This document shows, piece after piece, positions 9,166-17,483 of a stretch of DNA of 53,824 bases. A program made the translations under genes and the position numbers. Source of the DNA: Phycisphaerae bacterium (GTDB lineage Bacteria; Planctomycetota; Phycisphaerae; WQYP01). The notes under the pieces were generated by a model. The model was given only the letters and a program-made list of their open reading frames with translations. It was not told the DNA's origin and made no database searches. Position 1 is the first letter of the stretch. Each line of letters starts with the position of its first letter. The stretch lies in contig JBMFVX010000002.1 of NCBI GenBank assembly GCA_049965775.1, forward strand, positions 1 through 53,824, given 5' to 3'.

Positions 9166-9530
9166 AATCGTAGCTCCTGAAGACTCCCAGTTTGAGGTCC
9201 GCCTTACGCAAAGCCGACACCCCTTCCAAGGGTTCTTTTCCTGCGCTCTACACTAATCGGTAGGAGCCTGCAGCGTCAACTCGCTTATGTCGAAACACGT
9301 CGCATTCCATATTAAGTAAAGCTTGTTCTATTGGCAAAAAACGCAACGCTGGGTGCTCCAGAATCACGACCACTGCCCTGCGGCCCGCAAGCCGCCATAC
9401 GCATCCAACAAGCTAAAACTAAAGTGATTGCGGGCATCCTTTACTCAGCGGCGCCATTGCGAAATTGACATCCGATAACGTTTTCATGCAATGCGTCCAT
9501 CCAACTTTAAAAAAATAGTAACTTTCTTCT

Positions 9531-9557
9531 TTGACTTTTGGTGAACGTGAGTACAAT
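9531..9557 (+). promoter_or_regulatory. Sigma-70-like promoter candidate (TTGACT-N15-TACAAT)
   Basis: TTGACT at 9531-9536 and TACAAT at 9552-9557, about 70 nt upstream of ATG 9628. The 15-nt spacer is short. Confidence 0.3.
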
Positions 9558-9627
9558 TGAATGCAGAGGACGTAAGTGAGTCCGCCCGCAGGTGCGACGG
9601 GGTGTTTAAGAGAGAGAGGAGAAATCA

Positions 9628-10145
9628 TGAAGTTTGAGCTACCATCCAGCAAGTCGGGCGATTGGCCGCTTCTTATTGCAGCCGGTATCTTTTTTATCGG
9701 CATCGTGGGATGGCTGCATTATCGCAACACTACCGCGGAGGCGACCGCCGAGACCCACTTTACTTTGTCCACCTTGCAGCAAGCTTTGGCGGAGTACGAA
9801 AGTGTCGCCGGAACCGCTCCGGTTATCGCCCCCGGCAAGCCGTCCATGCATTGCTTTCTTACCGAGTATCAACGCGCGTTTGCGTACAAGACATTTGATG
9901 GCCGCTGGCACAACAACCTTCATGTTCTGCGTTCGTTGCGTACGGACGCCACCGTTTTTGGCTCGATACGTATGCCCGACGGGCAGCGGATGCGGGGGCT
10001 TGTGGCGGTAAAAGATGGCTTCCACAAACCAATTCATTACATCGTCAACCGTAATATTTCGTGGCGGGCGCCCTGCTTTGTCAGCATCGGCTCGGGCTGG
10101 GGCAGCGCCCGCCATCCGAGGATCTATTCACCGGCGCCGCAATAG
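9628..10145 (+). CDS. Hypothetical membrane-anchored protein
   Basis: A strong SD (GAGAGGAGAAATC) precedes ATG 9628. One N-terminal TM helix (WPLLIAAGIFFIGIVGWL) is followed by a ~140-aa domain of unrecognised family. The ORF-track start at 9576 lacks an SD. Confidence 0.5.
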
Positions 10146-10312
10146 GCGGTCGGTAAATACTCACGCAGCTTTCTCTCTCGCAAACCTGGAGCGATTTATT
10201 GTTCCGGGTTTGTTTTCTTATATCGCCTGGTATGATCCCCTGCCGCTTAAGCGGTTGCCGGACAGCCGCTCGACGCCTGGTTGCCGCCTCAACTCCCGCG
10301 CACTGGTAGAAC

Positions 10313-10355
10313 CCGGTAATATGCGGTTTAATCATGACGATTACCGGAGTTTTTA
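10313..10355 (+). promoter_or_regulatory. Hairpin (8-bp perfect stem) plus U-tract just upstream of the kdsA RBS: candidate terminator or attenuator
   Basis: CCGGTAAT (10313-10320) pairs with ATTACCGG (10340-10347) across a 19-nt loop. It is followed by AGTTTTTAG and then the kdsA SD. Confidence 0.3.
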
Positions 10356-10365
10356 GAAGGTGACC

Positions 10366-11199
10366 ATGAGTAAATTTGAACATATTCCGTTGGCTAACAT
10401 GCTCTATGACCCGCATCGCGATTTTCTACTCGTTGCCGGGCCATGCGTCATTGAAAGCCTTGAATTGTGCCTCCATATCGGCGAGGTTGCACGCGATGCG
10501 GCAAAGCGCCTTGGTGTTCCATACGTTTTTAAGGCCAGTTTCGACAAAGCCAATAGGTCCAGCAGCCAGTCGTATCGGGGACACGGCTTGGACCATGGCC
10601 TGAACATTCTTACGCAGGTTGGGCGTAAGCTCGGTGTGCCCGTCACCACAGACGTACACGAAAGCGCTCAGGCGGCCCACGTCGCTTCTGCGGTTGATGT
10701 TCTGCAAATTCCCGCATTTTTGTGCCGCCAGACAGACCTGCTGCTGGCCTGCGCCAAAACCGGCAAGCCCGTCAATATAAAAAAGGGACAGTTCATGTCT
10801 CCCTGGGAAATGAAAAACGCCGTCGAAAAAGTTCGCTCGGCGGGCAATCCACATGTGCTTCTTACCGAACGTGGAACATTTTTTGGCTACAATCGCTTGG
10901 TTAACGACATGACGGGCATTCCGCAAATGCAGGCCCTGGGCGCTCCGGTGCTATTTGATGCCACGCACTCCACGCAACTACCGGGTGGCCTCGGGGCCGC
11001 AACGGGAGGACAACGACAATACGTAGCGCTTTTAGCCCAGGCGGCAACCGCCGCTGGCTGCAATGGCCTGTTCGTCGAGGTGCATCCAGAGCCGGATAAG
11101 AGTCCCTCCGATGCAGCGACCATATTGCCGCTTGACGAGCTAGAGCCACTGCTCGTTCGTTGTCTCAAAATTAGACAGGTTATTGCGACATCGGCCTGA
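10366..11199 (+). CDS. kdsA: 3-deoxy-8-phosphooctulonate (KDO-8-P) synthase
   Basis: LLVAGPCVIES, FKASFDKANRSS, IPAFLCRQTDLL, NIKKGQF and DATHS.QLPGG blocks are all present. ATG 10366 is preferred over GTG 10360 (GAAGG 5 nt upstream). Confidence 0.9.
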   Translation: MSKFEHIPLANMLYDPHRDFLLVAGPCVIESLELCLHIGEVARDAAKRLGVPYVFKASFDKANRSSSQSYRGHGLDHGLNILTQVGRKLGVPVTTDVHESAQAAHVASAVDVLQIPAFLCRQTDLLLACAKTGKPVNIKKGQFMSPWEMKNAVEKVRSAGNPHVLLTERGTFFGYNRLVNDMTGIPQMQALGAPVLFDATHSTQLPGGLGAATGGQRQYVALLAQAATAAGCNGLFVEVHPEPDKSPSDAATILPLDELEPLLVRCLKIRQVIATSA

Positions 11200-11233
11200 T
11201 GCAATAATATTTCGCATACACCGTTTTACAACT

Positions 11234-12679
11234 ATGAACAACGCAATTCGCTTCGCTATTTACCGACTCAATTGCGACGCTCTGGCATTTGCCGTCGCCT
11301 TGTTACTGAGCATGAACCTGGCCTGCAGTTTAAAGGCCCAAACGCCGGAGCACGGAAGGTTTTACCTGCACAATGGCGTCATACGTGTAGGGATTGATTT
11401 GTCCAAAGGCGGAGCAATAACCTGGCTTTCACGCGAGGGCCATCATCCTAACATGGTCAACCACGCGGACTGGGGCCGCGAAATTCAGATGTCAGATTAT
11501 TCCGGCCCGGTTCCTTACATACCACCGGGGGCGGAAGTTTCGCCGGTGTGGCGCGGCCTGGGCTGGAACCCCGTACAGGCGGGCGATGCGTTTAAACACG
11601 CCTCTCGCATTTTACACTTTGCCCATGGCCCCACTTGGCTTACCGTGACGTGCCAACCTATGCAATGGCCTTTGCGCAACAGCCCCGCACATTGCACTTT
11701 CACCACCCGACTGAGCATTAAAGGTCCGGCCGTACAGGTAGACAATATCATGGTCAATAACCGTACGGACCATAAACAATATCCCGCACGCCCACAGGAA
11801 CTGCCCGCCCTTTATGCCAACGGCCCATACTACCTTTTCTATGGTTATACCGGAGACAAGCCTTTTGCCAACGCACCCATCACCTGCCTGGACACCAAAG
11901 CCCTGCTGGCGCTGGCCCGGCGCGATCCCACCGGAACCAAACCGCTTACGCACGCATTTCACTGGATGCCACGCCAACTGTTACCCGAAAACTGGGCTGC
12001 GTTTGCCGACACAAAAGGTCATGGCTTCGGCATCTGGGCTCCACGATCTTACCTATGGAGTTCTTTTTTCTTTGGACACCCCGGCATCGGCGGCCCCAAG
12101 GATGGCAACACGGCCTACATCGCGCCCAACCGCAATGAAATTCTTGATTACAATATCGTATTTCAATATCACTATACATTAATAGTTGGCTCACCTGCGC
12201 AGGTGCGGCGGTATGTTTATGCTCACGCGCACCCCGCAGCACGACCTCGTTGGCGATTCCAAAACTCGCGTCAAGACTGGACGTATCACAACGCAACCGA
12301 TTCGGGCTACCCTATTCGCGGTCGCCTGCATGTGCATCCTGGGGCCGGGGAATCGTTTCTCCTGGGGCCTGTATGGTATTGGCGGGCCAAACAGTGTCCG
12401 GTCTTGTATGTGCACGCCGCGTTCAGTCACGTCGGCACAACCGGGCATGTTTACTTTCGCCGATTTTCCGATGCTGCCTTTTCGCCTCTGGAGCGTCTGC
12501 GCTACATCATCAAGCCGGATGGCCGATACCGATGGTATAAAATCAATTTTGCCGCCGCACCGCGCTACCTTGGAGCCGTGGTTCAGTTGCGCCTCGACCT
12601 GCCTCAACCAACAGCCGCAGACGCCGCCATCAACATCAAAACCATAAGTTTTCGCCCGCCCGCCATCGCGAAAAAATGA
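11234..12679 (+). CDS. Hypothetical secreted protein (481 aa, no recognised domain; possibly glycan-active)
   Basis: ATG 11234 gives a signal-like N-terminus (MNNAIRFAIYRLNCDALAFAVALLLSMNLACSLKAQ). The earlier track start overlaps the kdsA 3' end. Codon usage is uniform over the whole length. I cannot name a family. Confidence 0.55.
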   Translation: MNNAIRFAIYRLNCDALAFAVALLLSMNLACSLKAQTPEHGRFYLHNGVIRVGIDLSKGGAITWLSREGHHPNMVNHADWGREIQMSDYSGPVPYIPPGAEVSPVWRGLGWNPVQAGDAFKHASRILHFAHGPTWLTVTCQPMQWPLRNSPAHCTFTTRLSIKGPAVQVDNIMVNNRTDHKQYPARPQELPALYANGPYYLFYGYTGDKPFANAPITCLDTKALLALARRDPTGTKPLTHAFHWMPRQLLPENWAAFADTKGHGFGIWAPRSYLWSSFFFGHPGIGGPKDGNTAYIAPNRNEILDYNIVFQYHYTLIVGSPAQVRRYVYAHAHPAARPRWRFQNSRQDWTYHNATDSGYPIRGRLHVHPGAGESFLLGPVWYWRAKQCPVLYVHAAFSHVGTTGHVYFRRFSDAAFSPLERLRYIIKPDGRYRWYKINFAAAPRYLGAVVQLRLDLPQPTAADAAINIKTISFRPPAIAKK

Positions 12680-12904
12680 GCCTTTATAAACAGCGCACAA
12701 GACGGCTGGCTTGGCGCAATTTTGGGCGATGACTCAGAGGCTGACGCTGGCTACCCGCACGGCAGGCCTCCTAAATCTGTCGTATTGAACACCCCGGAAA
12801 ATCTCTTGATTGGCTCACTTGTGAGCCGCTGGACTCGCCGCTGCAAAGCGGTACACTAATACACTCGCATTGGGGCGAGAGTTAACGACTGGAATGGTAT
12901 TCGT

Positions 12905-13285
12905 ATGCTCCTGACACTTTTAAGAGCCAAAATTCACGGTGCTATCGTCACGCAAGCCAATCGGGACTATGTCGGCAGCATCACCATTGATCGAGAATTG
13001 CTCAAAAAGAGCGGATTGCTCGCAGGTGAAAAGGTGCTGGTGGCCGACATTCACAATGGCGTACGCTTTGAAACGTATATTATCACCGGGCCTGCCAAAT
13101 CTGGAATTATCGGTATTAATGGCGCAGCAGCTCATCTGGTTAAGCCTGGCGACAAACTCATCATTATGGCCTTTGCGCTGCTTACTCCCGAAGAAGCAGC
13201 CCGCCATGCCGCCGAAGTACTGGTGCTTGACGGCGCTAACGCAGTCGTGCAGAAGTTCAAACTTCATAGCAGCGGCGAGCAATGA
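12905..13285 (+). CDS. panD: Aspartate 1-decarboxylase proenzyme
   Basis: 126 aa, collinear with E. coli PanD. The self-processing site is YVGSITID (Gly-Ser), followed by INGAAAH. Confidence 0.9.
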   Translation: MLLTLLRAKIHGAIVTQANRDYVGSITIDRELLKKSGLLAGEKVLVADIHNGVRFETYIITGPAKSGIIGINGAAAHLVKPGDKLIIMAFALLTPEEAARHAAEVLVLDGANAVVQKFKLHSSGEQ

Positions 13286-13385
13286 ACCCAGGCAACCAAC
13301 GTCCCGGCGACTTACTGCTCAGGTTTGCCAATTCCCTCACTTGCAATTACGCCCGCAGTTTGCAATACTATTGACTCAACCGCAT

Positions 13386-13421
13386 AGGTTTCCTTGCCAC
13401 GGCTGGAAACCTTGCGTTTTT
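13386..13421 (+). terminator. Rho-independent terminator candidate downstream of panD
   Basis: 8-bp stem AGGTTTCC (13386-13393) with GGAAACCT (13405-13412), 11-nt loop, then TGCGTTTTT (13413-13421). Confidence 0.5.
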
Positions 13422-13521
13422 CGAGAGAAAAACGGCGGCTTGGCACAGGTGCTCGTGTAATTCGCCATCGGCGGACGCTTGCTAACCTTGCCAGTAGCAG
13501 CCGAAGTTGTTAGAGGTTTTT

Positions 13522-15411
13522 ATGTCTACCGCAACCCCTTCTACCGGGGCGACGGCTTTTGTGCCGTCCGCCAAAACCCAAAATCCTCCTACGGCACAAC
13601 GGTCAGCTTCGCGTGTTGACGCGCCATCGCCAACTGGCGACACGCACAATGGCTTGCCAGTGCTGGGACATGCCGTCGGCAAGACGGATCGCTACATAGG
13701 TAAGACCGGAGCTCAGATACTGCTGCAGATGCTCGTGGAGCATGGCGTGACCGACGCTTTCGGCTATCCGGGCGGGGCAATCTTGCCAACCTTCGATCAA
13801 TTATACGAAAACCAGCTTAACTTTATTCTGGTGCGGCACGAGCAAGGAGCCGGGCACATGGCCGACGGTTATGCCCGCGCTACCGGCAAGCCTGGCATTG
13901 TCATCGTGACCAGCGGACCGGGGGCAACCAATACGATTACGCCCATGGCCACCGCATATATGGACTCGATTCCAATGATTGTGTTTTCAGGTCAGGTGCG
14001 CACTTACGTAATCGGCAATGACGCCTTTCAAGAGGCGGACGTGACCGGCATTTCGCGACCCGTTACCAAGCGCAATTACCTGGTGAAAAATGTTAAAGAC
14101 CTTCCGCGCATTATCAACGAGGCCTTTATCATTGCCACAACGGGCCGCCCCGGGCCGGTGCTGGTGGACTTGCCGGTGGATGTCACCACAGCAAAAGTTG
14201 AAGAAACTATTGACGATGCACCGTATCTTCCCGGATACCGCGTCCACACCGCAGGCCACAGTAAAATGGCACGAGCTGCCGCGGAGATGATCAACGCCAG
14301 CGAGCGCCCGGTCCTGTACGTTGGCGGTGGAGCCATCATCAGCCGCGCATGGAATGAGGTGCGCCAGCTTGCTGAAAAGGGCAACATCCCCTGCACCACC
14401 ACGCTGCTGGGATTAGGCGCGTTTGATGAAAACAGCCCGCTTAGCCTGCACATGCTGGGCATGCATGGTAGTGCTTATGCCAACTATGCCGTGCAGGACA
14501 GCGATTGTCTCATTGCGGTGGGCGCACGGTTTGATGACCGGGTGACCGGTAATTTAAAGCTGTTCGCGCCCAAAGCCAAGATCGTGCATATTGATATTGA
14601 CCCCTCAAGCATCAGCAAAAATGTCAAGGTGGATGTGCCGGTGGTGGGCGATGCTCGCATCTGCCTCGCGGAGATGGCCCAATACATCGAACACAGGCCA
14701 CGTACGGCTTGGTTTGAGCAAATTGCGCACTGGAAGAAGCAGTATCCATTCACTTGGCAGGACAACTCACCGCGAGCCAAGCCACAGGCTATTATTGAAG
14801 CCATTCAAAAAGTAACCGCCGGCAAGGCCGTGTTTACCACCGGCGTAGGCCAACACCAGATGTGGGCGGCTCAATTTATACGTTGGAGTATTCCCCGCAG
14901 CATGGTCACCAGTGGCGGATTGGGAACCATGGGCTTCGGGTTGCCTGCGGCCATCGGCGCTCAGGTTGGCCGCCCCGGCGAGTTGGTCATTGATATTGAC
15001 GGCGACGCGTCCTACATCATGACGGCCATGGAACTGGCCACCATCAAGCAGTACAACCTGCCTGTAAAGGTGGCGATCCTGAACAACAACTTCCAGGGCA
15101 TGGTGCGGCAATGGCAGCAGCTATTTTACAAGGGGCGCTTTTCGCATAGCCAAATGGTCAATCCCGATTTTGCCGCCATGGCGGAATCCTTCGGTATTCG
15201 CGGCATCCGCTGCGAGAAAAAGCAAGATGTTCTGAAAACCGTCGAAGAAATGGTGCGCCATCCCGGCCCATGCGTGGTTGATTTTCTCTGCGAAGAAGAT
15301 GAGAACGTCTACCCGATGGTGGCCAGCGGCAAAGGTCTGCACGAAATGGAACTCGGTATTGTCGGCTCCGCACCACCCAACAGCGGTCGCGACATGGGAA
15401 CTCTAGCCTGA
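13522..15411 (+). CDS. ilvB: Acetolactate synthase (acetohydroxyacid synthase) large subunit
   Basis: ThDP/FAD enzyme blocks are present (GYPGGAILP, RHEQGAGHMADGYARATGKPG, GLGTMGFGLPAAIGA, DGDASYIM). AGAGG lies 5 nt before ATG 13522, giving a ~65-aa low-complexity N-terminal extension. Confidence 0.9.
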   Translation: MSTATPSTGATAFVPSAKTQNPPTAQRSASRVDAPSPTGDTHNGLPVLGHAVGKTDRYIGKTGAQILLQMLVEHGVTDAFGYPGGAILPTFDQLYENQLNFILVRHEQGAGHMADGYARATGKPGIVIVTSGPGATNTITPMATAYMDSIPMIVFSGQVRTYVIGNDAFQEADVTGISRPVTKRNYLVKNVKDLPRIINEAFIIATTGRPGPVLVDLPVDVTTAKVEETIDDAPYLPGYRVHTAGHSKMARAAAEMINASERPVLYVGGGAIISRAWNEVRQLAEKGNIPCTTTLLGLGAFDENSPLSLHMLGMHGSAYANYAVQDSDCLIAVGARFDDRVTGNLKLFAPKAKIVHIDIDPSSISKNVKVDVPVVGDARICLAEMAQYIEHRPRTAWFEQIAHWKKQYPFTWQDNSPRAKPQAIIEAIQKVTAGKAVFTTGVGQHQMWAAQFIRWSIPRSMVTSGGLGTMGFGLPAAIGAQVGRPGELVIDIDGDASYIMTAMELATIKQYNLPVKVAILNNNFQGMVRQWQQLFYKGRFSHSQMVNPDFAAMAESFGIRGIRCEKKQDVLKTVEEMVRHPGPCVVDFLCEEDENVYPMVASGKGLHEMELGIVGSAPPNSGRDMGTLA

Positions 15412-15534
15412 CAATTCACCGTCAACCCCGCAACATTATGGTTGTTTTCATCCATGACACGCGGGCAAACTGACGGCAAGGTTCCGTTGCTTTAATACCT
15501 GGTTTTGACTTTTTTCTGACATTTGGAGCTGTTT

Positions 15535-16149
15535 ATGCGTCATATAATATCTGCATTGGTGATGAATGAACCGGGCGTTTTGGCCCATGTGGCCGGCATG
15601 TTTTCCGCTCGCGGTTTTAACATTGATTCGCTAGTGGTCGGGCGTACCGAAGACCCCAATTTTTCGCGCATGACCATTGTGGTTGTGGCCGACGAACGCA
15701 CACTTGATCAGGTACGGAAGCAGTTGGCAAAAATCGTGACCGTGGTGAAAGTTCGCGATTTTAAGGATACGCCCTATGTAGCACGCGATTTAATGCTGAT
15801 TAAAATCAGCGCGCCGCCCGCTGCGCGCTGCGAAATTATTGAATTGGCCAGTCTTTTCCGCGGCCATGTGGTGGATGTAGGGCAATCCAGCCTGCTCATC
15901 GAGATATCCGGTGAGGAAGAAAAGCTCGACGCCTTGGTTGAGTTGCTGCGACCCTATGGCATTCGTGAAATGGCTCGCACCGGCGTCATTGCCATGCCGC
16001 GCGGTGCCGCATCTGTAACACCCGGTGCCGAGGAAGACGTCAAGACAGATACGGCAAAGCCCGCCATGGCTAAACCAAACCTGAAGGCCGCCCTGCCCAC
16101 CAAGCGCCAACCTACCCAGCAAGAGCTGGAAGCAACACCGCCAGGCTAA
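15535..16149 (+). CDS. ilvN: Acetolactate synthase small (regulatory) subunit
   Basis: ACT-domain start MRHIISALVMNEPGVLAHVAGMFSARGFNIDSLVVG. GGAG lies 6 nt before ATG 15535. There is a ~45-aa low-complexity C-terminal tail. Confidence 0.9.
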   Translation: MRHIISALVMNEPGVLAHVAGMFSARGFNIDSLVVGRTEDPNFSRMTIVVVADERTLDQVRKQLAKIVTVVKVRDFKDTPYVARDLMLIKISAPPAARCEIIELASLFRGHVVDVGQSSLLIEISGEEEKLDALVELLRPYGIREMARTGVIAMPRGAASVTPGAEEDVKTDTAKPAMAKPNLKAALPTKRQPTQQELEATPPG

Positions 16150-16385
16150 GAGTGGCCAACAAGCCGTCTTCCGTGCGGTTTAACAATCAGGCGACAACGC
16201 ATAAAAGAAAGTATGGGTTCGCCAAGGCGACTCACGCGCCTGGCCTGTGAGTTGGCAATTGACCGCTGCCATGCCGGGGTTGCCGGCGAAGCTGTCGGCT
16301 ACAGAACCCGATTTTCCAACTACCGGACAAGTTCTGGCTGTCCTGCCATGAAGCAAGCCGCGTTGGAACAGTGAAAGATTTATTC

Positions 16386-17273
16386 TTAAACCGCGGCGGC
16401 TTGGTGAAGAGCGCCGCTGATACGAGCAGACCCGGCATGATATATATGCTGGTAGTCGTTAAGTAAATTATGCAGTTTGCGCAGCGCCTTTACTTCCAAC
16501 TGCCGCACACGCTCACGCGTAACACCCAACATCTCTGCAATTTCGTTGAGCGTTAGTGTACTCTCTGATCCGAGCCCATGCCGCAAACGCAACACACGCG
16601 CCTCACGGGAAGGCAGTTGCTCCAGCAAACCGTCAATTTTAGCAGCAAGTTCGTGTGCTTCGATCTCATGGCCCGGATGCGGCGTGTGTTGATCCAGCAG
16701 CAGATCATCCAAGCTTTTACCCTGATCATCACCAGCCAGCCGCATGGCGGTGCTCACGCTGAATGTTCGGGCGGCGCGCTGAATGGCGGCAATTTTCCGA
16801 AGCGTTGTGTGCATGTCTGTGGCAATCTGTTCATCGGTTGGCAAGTGGCCATGCTCGCTACGAAACATCTGCTTCTGTCCCTGCAGGCGGGCGATGCGGC
16901 TGGCCATGTACGCAGGCAGCCGCACGGGCCGGTTGGCCGTGAGCAGTACGCGCCGAATGCTCTGGCGAATCCACCAGGTGGCGTAAGTACTAAAGCGCAC
17001 TTCGTGTTTGGGATCGAACAAATCTACCGCATGCACCAGGCCTACGTTGCCTTCCGCAATGAGGTCCGTCAAGTTCACGCCCCGATGGGCAAATCGTCGG
17101 GCCACGGCTACCACAAGCCGTAAATTACAGCGGATCATTTTTTCACGCGCCATGCGATCGTGCTGGCGGTGAACGCGGTCAGCAAGGTCCTTCTCCTCCT
17201 GAGCGGTCAACAGAGGAGACTTACGGATCTCATCCAAATACCAATGCAATTCGGAGTTGTTGTCAAAAGCCAT
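16386..17273 (-). CDS. RNA polymerase sigma factor, sigma-70 family (regions 1.2-4, alternative/group 2-3 type)
   Basis: YLDEIRKSPLLTAQEE (region 1.2), LRLVVAVARRF...LIAEGNVGLVHAVDLFD...FSTYATWWIRQSI (region 2), TLNEIAEMLGVTRERVRQLEVKALRKL (region 4.2). 295 aa with no region 1.1. Confidence 0.85.
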   Translation of the reverse strand: MAFDNNSELHWYLDEIRKSPLLTAQEEKDLADRVHRQHDRMAREKMIRCNLRLVVAVARRFAHRGVNLTDLIAEGNVGLVHAVDLFDPKHEVRFSTYATWWIRQSIRRVLLTANRPVRLPAYMASRIARLQGQKQMFRSEHGHLPTDEQIATDMHTTLRKIAAIQRAARTFSVSTAMRLAGDDQGKSLDDLLLDQHTPHPGHEIEAHELAAKIDGLLEQLPSREARVLRLRHGLGSESTLTLNEIAEMLGVTRERVRQLEVKALRKLHNLLNDYQHIYHAGSARISGALHQAAAV

Positions 17274-17483
17274 GAAATCTCCCGTTTCCCTCAGACGCTT
17301 CTTCCCTGAACCGATGTTTACCGATGTAAAGTGAGATGTGACTCTCTTCCTGATGAGTCTATCGGGTCTTCGGACACTAAAAGTTTAGCAGCGAGCGCAA
17401 CAAATGCAAGCACTCCAGTGCAATTTTTTCTCAAGCTGTCCGATAAATCAGTTTATTATTCTCGCCTGCAAATAACATGGATT

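Noticed and set aside
9332-9346. TGGCA-N6-GCA, resembling a sigma-54 -24/-12 promoter in the spacer upstream of hpf.
   Set aside because: The GG-to-GC spacing is about 2 nt too short relative to TGGCAC-N5-TTGC. The element is also on the plus strand, pointing away from hpf with no nearby downstream gene start.
9419-9703. A 94-aa minus-strand ORF in the hpf upstream spacer.
   Set aside because: It overlaps the strong SD and start of the plus-strand gene at 9628, has no SD of its own, and shows no recognisable motif.
13286-13521. A branched-chain amino-acid leader peptide for ilvBN attenuation.
   Set aside because: No short ORF rich in Val, Leu or Ile with a start and SD occurs in any frame. 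The only ATG-initiated frame here arises from the panD stop region and encodes an unrelated peptide.
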